A stretch of DNA of 24,000 nucleotides from Candidatus Altimarinota bacterium (GCA_041738935.1 JBGSOV010000010.1:11925-35924), one strand, 5' to 3'. Positions 1 to 7,691 are shown, numbered from the stretch's first letter. Notes: generated from the sequence alone by a model not told the origin. Made by a program: numbers and translations.

Positions 1-2064
1 AATTTTGTAATTGAAAAACGCAAGATGCGCGGTGTTGAAAGCGAAGGCATGTTATGTTCTGGGAAAGAATTAGGGATTACAGAAGATGCCGAAGGCATCA
101 TGATTTTGGCGCCAGAGACGCCGCTCGGAGTTCCATTCGCCAAAGTTCTTCATGGCGACAGTACTATTTACGATATCGAGAACACCGCCATCACCAATCG
201 CCCCGATTTGTTTTCGCACTGGGGTTTTGCACGCGAGATGGTCGCGCTCGATTTGGCAGAATGGAAACGCAAAGACTTTGATTTTAGAGAAGTTGAAAAA
301 GTAATTCCCAAAGTAAAGTTGCCGATTAATTTCAAAGTTGAATCAGATGAACTTTGCCCTGCACGCGCGGAAGTAGTAATCGAAAACCTAAAAGTCGCAC
401 CATCCCCCGACTGGCTCCAACAGCGCCTGCAAGCGTGCGGCATCCGCCCGATTAGCAATCTCGTTGATGTCTCAAACTATGTCATGCTTGAGCTCGGTAT
501 GCCGCTGCATATTTTTGATTTGGAGAATATTGCAGGAAATACGATAACCATGCGCGAATCAAAGGAAGGCGAAATCGTCGAAACACTGGATAATATCAAG
601 CGCAAACTCCCTGCCGGAGTTATTATTCAAGAAGATGCTGACAAAATCTTCGACCTCGCAGGAATCATGGGCGGCGCCAATTCGGAAATTTCGGATTCGA
701 CGACGCGCGTGCTGGTGCATGTTCCTGTCTATGATCCGATTCGTATTCGCAAAGCAATGCTCGCGCTCGCACATCGCACTGATGCAGCGACAATTTATGA
801 AAAACGCGTTCCCAATGCGCTTGTTCTCCCCGGTATCAAACGCACCATTCAACTCCTTTTGGAACTTTGTCCGGAGATGAAAATCACTTCCGAAATCGAA
901 TTTGTCGAGCATGTACCAGATTTGGAACGGATTTTGGCACTCAAAAATAGTGAAGTCAGCCGCGTGATTGGCGAAGAAATTCCTTTGGAAAAAACCAAGG
1001 AAATATTAGCAGCGCTCGATTTTAAAATCGTTGATGAAAAAGACGAAGTACTCCAAGTCAAAATACCAGGGCATCGTTTGACAGATATCACAATTCCAGC
1101 GGATTTACTCGAAGAGACTTCGCGGATTTATGGACTCAATCAGATTGCCCCTCGTGCGCCGCAGATTACCATGCGCGCCACCAAATATCCCCGACTTTTT
1201 CGTTTGCGCCGCGAACTGAGTGATTTTTTGGTGGGGAAACAGTTTTTCGAACTGCTTAATTTTTCCTTTTTGGGACCAGATTTACTCAAAAAATGCGATA
1301 TTATTGCAGACGAATCATATATCGAAATTGATAATCCCCTTTCGGGTGACATGAGTTTGATGCGCCAAAGTCTGCTGCCGCGTCTGCTCGAAAAAGCAGC
1401 CGAAAATCTGCGCCACCGCAAGGAATTCTGTATTTTTGAAATCGGAAAAGTTTTCCAAAAAATACCTAACGGCGAGACGTTAGAGACTTTAGAGCTTGCT
1501 GCGCTCAATATCGGTGCGAATTTTGTAGCGACAAAATCTGTTCTCGAAGCACTTTTTGCCGAAATATCTTTTCCGATTCGACTTGAAAATTCGAAGGAGC
1601 AATCACCTTTTGCCAATCAAAGTGCATCAATTATGCTCGGAAACAATCTAATTGGCGAAATCTTTGAATTGAAAAAATCGCTTACCACCGCTTTCGAGCT
1701 TCCTGACAAAGTCACAGGTTTTGTTTTTGACATCAATGCGCTTGCGAGCTTTAAACAGAGCCACAAAAAAATCCTGTCTGTACCAAAATTTCCCGCTATC
1801 GATCTCGATTTGTCTGTGCTTGCCGACTGCGAAACCTATGTCGGCGAGATTTTGTCAGTCGTCAAACGTGTCGATGACCTCGTCGAATCCGTAGAAGTCT
1901 TGGAAGTATTTGAGGGAAAAGGGGTTGCAATCGGAAAAAAATCTGTTACACTCCACTTCCGATTTCGGGCGCAAGATCGTACGCTCGCAAGTAGCGAAGC
2001 AGATGCGCTCAGGAAAAAAATTCTCGCTAAGCTCGCAAAGAAAGGCTTCCCATTCCGATTTTAA
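1..2064 (+). CDS. pheT: Phenylalanine--tRNA ligase beta subunit, 5'-truncated by the window edge
   Basis: Frame 1 is open from nt 1. NFVIEKRKMRGVESEGMLCSGKELGI is the end of the N-terminal tRNA-binding domain, so the ATG at 25 is internal. B3/4- and B5-like regions and the class-II-like core follow. The C-terminus is a ferredoxin-fold anticodon-binding domain (KSVTLHFRFRAQDRTL...). Stop is TAA at 2062-2064. Confidence 0.9.
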   Translation, partial: NFVIEKRKMRGVESEGMLCSGKELGITEDAEGIMILAPETPLGVPFAKVLHGDSTIYDIENTAITNRPDLFSHWGFAREMVALDLAEWKRKDFDFREVEKVIPKVKLPINFKVESDELCPARAEVVIENLKVAPSPDWLQQRLQACGIRPISNLVDVSNYVMLELGMPLHIFDLENIAGNTITMRESKEGEIVETLDNIKRKLPAGVIIQEDADKIFDLAGIMGGANSEISDSTTRVLVHVPVYDPIRIRKAMLALAHRTDAATIYEKRVPNALVLPGIKRTIQLLLELCPEMKITSEIEFVEHVPDLERILALKNSEVSRVIGEEIPLEKTKEILAALDFKIVDEKDEVLQVKIPGHRLTDITIPADLLEETSRIYGLNQIAPRAPQITMRATKYPRLFRLRRELSDFLVGKQFFELLNFSFLGPDLLKKCDIIADESYIEIDNPLSGDMSLMRQSLLPRLLEKAAENLRHRKEFCIFEIGKVFQKIPNGETLETLELAALNIGANFVATKSVLEALFAEISFPIRLENSKEQSPFANQSASIMLGNNLIGEIFELKKSLTTAFELPDKVTGFVFDINALASFKQSHKKILSVPKFPAIDLDLSVLADCETYVGEILSVVKRVDDLVESVEVLEVFEGKGVAIGKKSVTLHFRFRAQDRTLASSEADALRKKILAKLAKKGFPFRF

Positions 2065-2076
2065 TTTTACGCGCTT

Positions 2077-3465
2077 ATGATTACGATGAAATTTGGTGGC
2101 ACCTCGATGGGATCCGCGCCCATGATCAAAACCGTGGGGGCAATTGTGGCAGAACAATTTGCTGCCGGTAACGAACCTTTTGTTGTCGTTTCGGCGATGA
2201 GTGGCGTCACAGATCAATTACTGAGTGCTGCCAAACTGGCGATTGCGAATAAGCCAGAAGAAATGCAGAAGATCATTACCAAACTACGTTATCAGCATAT
2301 CGAAACTGCGAAAGAGCTCGTAACCGATGAATATTTGTCAAACAAGATTCAGACGTATATTAATGATTCGATTGACCACTTTCGCGATTTTTTATCCGCG
2401 ATTGCAATCATTGGCGAGATTTCGCCACTCTCGCATGACGAAATTGTTTCGCTCGGCGAAAAACTCTCCGCAGCGCTTTTGGCATATCACCTACAAAACG
2501 AAGGAAGTGCTGCCGAATATATCGATTTGTCAAAAATCGTCAAGGGTCATTTTGACCATATTGACAGCGATTTTTTTGAGAGTGTCGAAAACGAAATCAA
2601 GACTTTACTGAGTCCGCTTTTGAAAGCAAAAAAGACTCCTATTATCACTGGGTTTTTTGGCAAAATCCCTGGCGGCATTATCAGCGGCGTTGGACGTGGA
2701 TATAGCGATTTTACCGCTGCACTGGTAGGTTCGGCTTTTCAAAGTAAAGAAATCCAGATTTGGACAGATGTCGATGGACTGCTTTCAGCCGATCCACGGT
2801 TGGTCAAATATACTTGTGTTTTGCCCGAAGTTTCTTTTGACGAAGCCGGTGAATTAGCGCAATTTGGGGCTAAAGTCTTGCATCCGCAAACAGTATGGCC
2901 AGCGGTGAAGAAAAATATTCCCGTTCGCATCAAAAACACGATGAACACGAATGCTGTCGGCACGCTTATCACGCGTGATGGCGCCAAAGGTGCGCACTTG
3001 TGCAAATCAATCGCCTCCAAAAAAGGTGTAACGGTTATCACCCTCACCACCAGCAAAATGCTGATGGCAGTCGGCTTTTTGGCAGATGTATTCACGATTT
3101 TCAAAAAACACAATATTGCCGTCGACATGATTGCCACAGGCGAGATTTCGGTAACCATGACGGTCAACTATCCTGTCGCCCAAATCCCAAAAAAAGTATT
3201 GGCAGAATTGGAAGAATTTTCTAAGGTAGAAATCCTCGAAAACCAAGCGATTATTTGTGCAGTCGGCACCGAACTTCGGCATAAAAAAGGCGTTGCCGCC
3301 AAAATCTTTGAAGCAATTGCCGATGCCGGAATTTCGGTAAAAGCAATTTCGCAAAGTGCACTCGAAATCAACATTAGCTGCATCATTGCCGAAAGTGAAT
3401 CTGAAAAAGCGCTTACTGCTTTGCACAAAGCTATCTTTGAAGACAAAATCGCTGCTAAAAAATAA
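2077..3465 (+). CDS. lysC: Aspartate kinase (monofunctional, with C-terminal ACT domains)
   Basis: The N-terminus MKFGGTSMGS is the amino-acid-kinase signature. Also present are VVVSAMSGVTD, the GRGYSDFTAA block, FGAKVLHP, and a tandem ACT-like C-terminus (AIICAVGTELRHKKGVAAKIFEAIADAGISVKAISQS). It starts 12 nt after the pheT stop. Confidence 0.9.
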   Translation: MITMKFGGTSMGSAPMIKTVGAIVAEQFAAGNEPFVVVSAMSGVTDQLLSAAKLAIANKPEEMQKIITKLRYQHIETAKELVTDEYLSNKIQTYINDSIDHFRDFLSAIAIIGEISPLSHDEIVSLGEKLSAALLAYHLQNEGSAAEYIDLSKIVKGHFDHIDSDFFESVENEIKTLLSPLLKAKKTPIITGFFGKIPGGIISGVGRGYSDFTAALVGSAFQSKEIQIWTDVDGLLSADPRLVKYTCVLPEVSFDEAGELAQFGAKVLHPQTVWPAVKKNIPVRIKNTMNTNAVGTLITRDGAKGAHLCKSIASKKGVTVITLTTSKMLMAVGFLADVFTIFKKHNIAVDMIATGEISVTMTVNYPVAQIPKKVLAELEEFSKVEILENQAIICAVGTELRHKKGVAAKIFEAIADAGISVKAISQSALEINISCIIAESESEKALTALHKAIFEDKIAAKK

Positions 3466-3481
3466 TTTTTTTGAAAATCGT

Positions 3482-4489
3482 ATGACGCAAAAATATACCG
3501 TTGGAGTTGTTGGTTGCACTGGCGCAGTCGGACAAGAAATGATTGCGGTTTTGGCAGATCGTGAATTTCCGGTGGAAGAACTCAGACTCTTTGCTAGTAG
3601 TCGCAGTGCTGGTAAAAAGTTTCAAACAGCATTTGGCGAACTGACCGTCGAAGAATTTTCGGTGGAAAAAACCCGCAATCTCGATTTTGTCTTGATGGCG
3701 GTGTCGGGAGAATTTGCAAAAGAATTTGCGCCACAAATTGCCAAAGGCAAAGCTACTGTGATTGATAATTCGTCGGCGTTTCGCATGGATTCTTCGGTTC
3801 CGCTGGTTTGCCCCGAAGTCAATGCTGCAGCCATCGGAAATGCCAAATTGATTGCGAATCCCAACTGTTCGACATTAATTTTAAATGTCGCGCTTTGGCC
3901 ACTACACCAACACTATCGCTGCAAAAAAGTGATTGTTTCGACGTATCAGGCGACAAGTGGTGCGGGGTTTCCGGCAATGGAAGAGCTTAAGACGCAAACT
4001 CGCAATTATCTCGATGACAAGCCCGTCGAAAATCACGAATTTGCCTATCCGATTCCGTTTAATCTCATTCCGCAGATTGATGTCTTTCAGGACAACCTCT
4101 ACACCAAAGAGGAGATGAAAGTCACCAACGAAACGCGCAAGATTTTTGGTGAGCCAAATCTACTGATTTCGTGCACTGCAGTGCGAATTCCTACTTTTCG
4201 CGCACACGCCGAAGCGGTAACAATCGAAACCGAAAAAGCCATTGACCCCGATGACGCGCGCGAGCTTTTGGGTTCTGTTCCAGGAGTTGAAGTCGTGGAC
4301 AATCCCAAGAAAAAGCTCTATCCGATGCCACTGACCGCGACGAAAAAATATGCAGTCGAAATCGGACGCATCAGACAAAATCTGGTTTTTGGCAAAAACG
4401 GACTCGACTTCTTTGTCTGTGGTGATCAGATTTTAAAAGGCGCGGCGCTCAACGCCGTGCAAATCGCCGAAGTGATTATCAATCGCTAA
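3482..4489 (+). CDS. asd: Aspartate-semialdehyde dehydrogenase
   Basis: MTQKYTVGVVGCTGAVGQEM is the Rossmann GxxGxxG motif. IANPNCSTL holds the active-site Cys, followed by STYQATSGAG and RIPTFRAHAE. I prefer ATG 3482 to the ORF-track start 3356, because 3356 would overlap lysC by 110 nt with non-conserved sequence. Confidence 0.9.
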   Translation: MTQKYTVGVVGCTGAVGQEMIAVLADREFPVEELRLFASSRSAGKKFQTAFGELTVEEFSVEKTRNLDFVLMAVSGEFAKEFAPQIAKGKATVIDNSSAFRMDSSVPLVCPEVNAAAIGNAKLIANPNCSTLILNVALWPLHQHYRCKKVIVSTYQATSGAGFPAMEELKTQTRNYLDDKPVENHEFAYPIPFNLIPQIDVFQDNLYTKEEMKVTNETRKIFGEPNLLISCTAVRIPTFRAHAEAVTIETEKAIDPDDARELLGSVPGVEVVDNPKKKLYPMPLTATKKYAVEIGRIRQNLVFGKNGLDFFVCGDQILKGAALNAVQIAEVIINR

Positions 4490-4659
4490 TACTTTTTTTC
4501 TGATAAGAGTCTTTGTGATTATGTTTCTTGTTAAACAAGAAGAGGGAAGAAAGATATAACATATGATTCACCTCCGTGCTCTGGTCAAGCCAAAATAATC
4601 CTTCTCACTCGAATTTATTTTGAGAATGTGAAATAGTAAAGGTGCTATTTTGTAAAAAT

Positions 4660-5877
4660 ATGAAAAAAACTCTTCTTTTGTTTTTGTTTGCAGCCCTTCC
4701 TTTTTCAGCGCAAGCGGCTTTTGACGATGTTGCTGCTGATTCTCCGTACGCGGACGCCATCAATTATTTACAAGAAAATGAACTCGTCGAAGGTTTTGCC
4801 GATAATACGTATCGTCCCGATCAGACCATCAGCCGTGCAGAATTTACCAAGATTTTGCTGCTCAGCAACTTTGCCGCGAAAGATATTTTGGAATGTAACA
4901 CGAGCGAATTTAGTGATGTGGCTGAGGATGCTTGGTATTTGTCGTACGTCTGTTATGCCAAAGAGAATGAGATTATTAAGGGCTATGATGACAATACTTT
5001 TGGCCCAGACAAAACCATTATTTTTGCCGAAGCCGCCAAAATCATTGTCAATACACTGATCGAAGTACAACCCGGCGGAATCGGTGAAGATTGGTGGAGA
5101 CCGTTTGTCGCAACATTAGCCAAAGCAAAAGCCACGCCACCAACCATCGAAGCCGCAACCCAACAAATAACCCGTGGTGAAATGGCAGAAATCATCTATC
5201 GCCTCAAAGCAGAAAAAGAAGAAACTGGAGAAAAGATTTTTGACGGACAAAATCAAGATGATGAAGAAGAGAATACGGAAAATATGACGAAATATACGAG
5301 TGAAAAAAACGCCGTCAGTTTTGCATACAAAAATGATAATGCTTCTTTGAAGATTTTTGAGGATGGCTCGCATGTCATCCTTGCCACAAGCGAACTCAAG
5401 ACAAAAGATTTTGATGCGTGCGTCGAAACGACCTATTGCAGCGAGATTGACGAAACACAATATGAACACCTCGATTCGTTGTATGTTTTGACAAAAACCA
5501 AAGATGACACCGATTTTGAGACTTCAATTTTAAACAAGATTGCCGCTGCCGGAAAAGATGTATCACAATGCAAAGTCGTCATCGCCGACGAAGCGCCAGA
5601 AGGCTGGACAAAAGCCACAGTCGAGCCGACGGAATTTGAAACATTTGTCATCGATGATGAGGGAGTTGCATATGATAACGACGATGTCGAGTTGAGCAAA
5701 AATGAAATGCAACAGCTCCGCGAAAAAGAAGCAGTAGAAAAATGTAGTAATTATGCCGGCGGTTTTGGAGGGAGTTTCTTCCTCTTTAGCGAAGAGAAAT
5801 CACCAAAGTACTATCTCTTTGCTCCTTCCTATGGTGATACCGAACGACTAATCGACTACGAATCGGTGGAGTTTTAA
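4660..5877 (+). CDS. Secreted S-layer-homology (SLH) domain protein with an acidic C-terminal domain of unknown function
   Basis: Signal peptide MKKTLLLFLFAALPFSAQA. Two clear SLH repeats follow: FDDVAADSPYADAINYLQENELVEGFADNTYRPDQTISRAEFTKILL and FSDVAEDAWYLSYVCYAKENEIIKGYDDNTFGPDKTIIFAEAAKIIV. A third repeat is degenerate (...ITRGEMAEIIYRL). The remaining ~220 aa are acidic with no domain I recognise. ATG 4660 is preferred to GTG 4642. Confidence 0.75.
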   Translation: MKKTLLLFLFAALPFSAQAAFDDVAADSPYADAINYLQENELVEGFADNTYRPDQTISRAEFTKILLLSNFAAKDILECNTSEFSDVAEDAWYLSYVCYAKENEIIKGYDDNTFGPDKTIIFAEAAKIIVNTLIEVQPGGIGEDWWRPFVATLAKAKATPPTIEAATQQITRGEMAEIIYRLKAEKEETGEKIFDGQNQDDEEENTENMTKYTSEKNAVSFAYKNDNASLKIFEDGSHVILATSELKTKDFDACVETTYCSEIDETQYEHLDSLYVLTKTKDDTDFETSILNKIAAAGKDVSQCKVVIADEAPEGWTKATVEPTEFETFVIDDEGVAYDNDDVELSKNEMQQLREKEAVEKCSNYAGGFGGSFFLFSEEKSPKYYLFAPSYGDTERLIDYESVEF

Positions 5878-5888
5878 CGCGATTTCTT

Positions 5889-6011
5889 CCCCCTGATAAG
5901 GGGGAGTGAGAGGGTTTGTGATTCCCCTCCCCCTAACTTAGGGGGAGCTGGAGGGGGTTGTTTGTTGTATTCCGACCCCACCCAACCTCCCCTATCTCAG
6001 GGGAGGAGTTG
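5889..6011 (+). repeat. Three tandem G/C-rich hairpin repeat units (C5-loop-G5-AG-GAGGG type)
   Basis: Unit 1 at 5889-5914: CCCCC-TGATAA-GGGGG-AGTGAGAGGG. Unit 2 at 5924-5957: CCCCTCC-CCCCC... TAACTTA-GGGGG-AGCTGGAGGGGG, with outer CCCCTCC/GGAGGGG pairing. Unit 3 at 5983-6011: CAAC-CTCCCC-TATCTCA-GGGGAG-GA-GTTG. A T6 run follows at 6020-6025. The array lies between the convergent SLH gene and murB. Confidence 0.65.
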
Positions 6012-6046
6012 CGCCGCGCTTTTTTGTAAACGGAGTGGGTTTAGTA

Positions 6047-6949
6047 TTATTTCAGTCGAATCTCCTCACCTTTTTCGTCGAGCAAAATTACTTCTGGCTG
6101 CAACTCGACAGCAAACTGTTCACGAACTTTTTGCATCGCTTGTCGTGCCAACGCGATAATATCATCTTGTGTCGCCGTGCCATCACTCATGAGAAAATTA
6201 GCATGTTTCTCAGAAAAAAATGCCCCTCCAACACGCATCTGTTTGGCACCAATTTGTTCGAGAAAATGACCAGCCGCGCCTTCTGGCGGATTTTTGAAAA
6301 AGCTGCCGCCCGTTTTTCCCCATGGTTGTTTGGCTTTTCGCATCGCCAACACTTCTTGAGCATGTGCTTCGATTTCTGCCTGAGGACGCTTGTCGAGAAA
6401 TAAGGCGCATTCCCAAATGAGCAGTTTTTTACGCAATTGCGGATTATCACGAAAAATCGAGTGACGATAACTATAATCAAAATAATTTGCATCGACCGTA
6501 AAAAAATCATTTTTCTCGACATCAAACAGCTCGGCATACAAAAGATAATCCTGCATTTCGCAGCCAGGAATACCAGAATTTCCGGCTACCGCCCCGCCAA
6601 TACTACCAGGAACGGTAAAAAATCCGGAGAAATCGTAACCGAGATCGCGTGCAAATTGATACAAAGCGGCATTTTGCACACCTGCGCCGACCACAAACCG
6701 CCCGCCACCAGCGTCATGAATCGTAGTATTTTGGCAACGAATAATCATACCTTGTAACCCTTTCTCCGAAAAAACCAGATTACTACCCGCACCGACAAAA
6801 AGAATCGGCAATTGGCGCTCTTTCGCAAAAGTTATCGCCTCAGTAAGTTCGGCTTTGGTTGTAGCTTCGACAAAATAATCCGCCGTGCCACCACAGCGGA
6901 ACCACGAAAGAGTTGCCAACGAAATTTGCTCTTGTATCTGCATCTGCAT
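6047..6949 (-). CDS. murB: UDP-N-acetylenolpyruvoylglucosamine reductase
   Basis: FAD-binding N-terminus (SWFRCGGTADYFVEATTKAELTEAITFAKERQLPILFVGAGSNLV). Also GVQNAALYQFARDLGYDFSGFFTVPGSIGGAVAGNSG and GSFFKNP. Length of 300 aa fits the short MurB type. Confidence 0.9.
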   Translation of the reverse strand: MQMQIQEQISLATLSWFRCGGTADYFVEATTKAELTEAITFAKERQLPILFVGAGSNLVFSEKGLQGMIIRCQNTTIHDAGGGRFVVGAGVQNAALYQFARDLGYDFSGFFTVPGSIGGAVAGNSGIPGCEMQDYLLYAELFDVEKNDFFTVDANYFDYSYRHSIFRDNPQLRKKLLIWECALFLDKRPQAEIEAHAQEVLAMRKAKQPWGKTGGSFFKNPPEGAAGHFLEQIGAKQMRVGGAFFSEKHANFLMSDGTATQDDIIALARQAMQKVREQFAVELQPEVILLDEKGEEIRLK

Positions 6950-7015
6950 TTAGAATAGCACGAATCGGTATGATTTTCCACCTCAAGCATCTTATAAAAA
7001 ATGACGAAAAAGAAC

Positions 7016-7044
7016 TTGCAAGCGGCAATAAAAATTGGCAGAAT
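7016..7044 (+). promoter_or_regulatory. Putative promoter of tRNA-like gene A (TTGCAA-17 nt-CAGAAT)
   Basis: A -35-like TTGCAA (7016-7021), a 17-nt spacer, then CAGAAT (7039-7044), ending 22 nt before the tRNA-like 5' end. The same architecture recurs at 7464-7492 upstream of tRNA-Asp. The -10 is a weak match to consensus. Confidence 0.3.
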
Positions 7045-7052
7045 CTTCTGGT

Positions 7053-7094
7053 TATCATTCATTGCGGGGTGGTAGTTCAGTTGGTTAGAACGCC
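7053..7094 (+). repeat. Direct repeat copy A (42/42 identical to 7501-7542)
   Basis: TATCATTCATTGCGGGGTGGTAGTTCAGTTGGTTAGAACGCC occurs at both positions, offset 448 nt. It covers 13 nt of upstream leader plus the acceptor 5' strand and D-arm of a tRNA. Confidence 0.9.
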
Positions 7095-7130
7095 CCGGTT
7101 TCACCGGGGAGATCGCGGGTTCGATCCCGA
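7066..7130 (+). pseudogene. 3'-truncated tRNA-like gene with a Glu-type anticodon (TTC)
   Basis: GGGGTGG-TA-GTTCAGTTGGTTAGAAC-G-CCCCG-GTTTCAC-CGGGG-AGATC-GCGGGTTCGATCCCGA. The acceptor 5' strand and D-arm are identical to tRNA-Asp downstream. The anticodon stem is perfectly paired but different, with TTC in the loop. The T-arm has a 1-nt deletion relative to the Asp gene. There is no 3' acceptor strand: the sequence continues TTTTTGACAT, which cannot pair with GGGGTGG. Confidence 0.6.
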
Positions 7131-7154
7131 TTTTTGACATTCAAAGATTCTACC

Positions 7155-7448
7155 ATGGATACAGTAACTGAAGGATTTTTGTACTTACTGCAAAGCGAAA
7201 AAGATGCTCATTTTTATTATGGAAGCACGACTGATATCAATCGGCGTCTCGCAGAACATAATCGAGGAAAGAATATTTCTACTCGCACCGGAATGCCCTG
7301 GAAGCTGATTTCTGCCATCCGACTAAATTCTATAAGTGAAGCGAGAAGAATCGAGCAAAAAATCAAATCTCACAAGCAAGCGATGGACTTGAACAGCTTT
7401 TTATTTCTTGTCGAAAAGTATTTCCAACCTACCGACAAAGAGTCTTGA
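7155..7448 (+). CDS. Small stand-alone GIY-YIG nuclease-domain protein (YhbQ/COG2827-like)
   Basis: GFLYLLQSEKDAHFYYGSTTDINRRLAEHNRGK carries the GIY...YIG-type motifs (FLY...FYYG) plus the conserved Arg and the E of the EHN block, followed by PWKL and SEARRIEQKIK. It is 97 aa from ATG 7155. The ORF-track TTG at 7134 abuts the tRNA-like sequence and is less likely. Confidence 0.8.
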   Translation: MDTVTEGFLYLLQSEKDAHFYYGSTTDINRRLAEHNRGKNISTRTGMPWKLISAIRLNSISEARRIEQKIKSHKQAMDLNSFLFLVEKYFQPTDKES

Positions 7449-7463
7449 TCATCAAAAAAACAC

Positions 7464-7492
7464 TTGCATTGCGAATGAAAAAATAGCAGAAT
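7464..7492 (+). promoter_or_regulatory. Putative promoter of tRNA-Asp (TTGCAT-17 nt-CAGAAT)
   Basis: Same spacing and hexamers as 7016-7044, ending 22 nt upstream of the tRNA 5' end. Confidence 0.3.
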
Positions 7493-7500
7493 GCCGTGGC

Positions 7501-7542
7501 TATCATTCATTGCGGGGTGGTAGTTCAGTTGGTTAGAACGCC
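7501..7542 (+). repeat. Direct repeat copy B (42/42 identical to 7053-7094)
   Basis: See copy A. This copy continues into an intact tRNA. Confidence 0.9.
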
Positions 7543-7590
7543 GCCCTGTCACGGCGGAGGTCGCGGGTTCGAGTCCCGTCCATCCCGCCA
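7514..7590 (+). tRNA. tRNA-Asp (anticodon GTC), CCA encoded
   Basis: Cloverleaf read by hand. Acceptor GGGGTGG/CCATCCC has one G-T pair. D-arm is GTTCAGTTGGTTAGAAC. Anticodon stem CCGCC/GGCGG carries loop CTGTCAC. Variable region is AGGTC. T-arm is GCGGG-TTCGAGT-CCCGT. Discriminator G is followed by CCA. The 3' half closely resembles E. coli tRNA-Asp. Confidence 0.9.
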
Positions 7591-7595
7591 CTTAG

Positions 7596-7619
7596 AATCC
7601 TCACGATGAGGATTTTTTT
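7596..7619 (+). terminator. Rho-independent terminator after tRNA-Asp
   Basis: AATCCTC-ACGAT-GAGGATT forms a 7-bp stem running into a T7 tract. Confidence 0.7.
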
Positions 7620-7639
7620 ATTGATTGGCGTTACACACC

Positions 7640-7691
7640 GCTCGCTGCCCACGGCAGAGGTCAGCTCGTTCGAGCCCCGTACATCCCGCCA
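7640..7691 (+). pseudogene. Degenerate tRNA 3' fragment (tRNA-Asp-like anticodon/T-arm/acceptor-CCA relic)
   Basis: ...GCTGCC-CACGGCAGAGGTCAGCTCGTTCGAGCCCCGTACATCCCGCCA aligns to the 3' ~50 nt of tRNA-Asp (CACGGCGGAGGTCGCGGGTTCGAGTCCCGTCCATCCCGCCA) at roughly 80% identity. There is a deletion in the anticodon loop and a broken T-stem. No matching 5' acceptor strand lies upstream. A T-run follows. Confidence 0.5.

Noticed and set aside
3356-3481. Longer asd ORF starting at 3356 (377 aa)
   Set aside because: The extra 42 codons overlap the lysC 3' end and look like out-of-frame lysC sequence. The conserved Asd N-terminus (GVVGCTGAVG) begins right after ATG 3482.
1140-3519. Minus-strand ORFs inside pheT, lysC and asd (e.g. 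1140-1616, 2739-3167, 3007-3519)
   Set aside because: They are antisense to highly conserved housekeeping genes and have low-complexity, basic translations.
4522-4600. Two tiny ORFs (12 and 11 codons) and small hairpins in the asd-SLH intergenic region as leader peptides or sRNA
   Set aside because: They are too short and unsupported. No terminator/antiterminator logic was evident.
5889-6011. The three G/C-rich units as a mini CRISPR array
   Set aside because: The units are only ~26-34 nt and differ in sequence. The gaps between them are ~10-25 nt, far too short and irregular for spacers. No cas genes are present.
5962-6403. Plus-strand ORFs 5962-6159 and 6035-6403
   Set aside because: The first translates the hairpin repeats. 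The second is antisense to the well-conserved murB.
7066-7140. Calling the first tRNA-like sequence a functional tRNA-Glu(UUC)
   Set aside because: The 3' acceptor strand is absent: TTTTTGA cannot pair with GGGGTGG. The T-arm cannot form 5 bp after a 1-nt deletion. It is annotated as a truncated pseudogene instead.
6832-7591. Minus-strand ORFs 6832-7140, 6840-7058 and 7370-7591
   Set aside because: They are read-through translations of the reverse complement of the tRNA and tRNA-like sequences (both contain ...RSNQLNYHPAMND...) and of promoter DNA. They are not genes.
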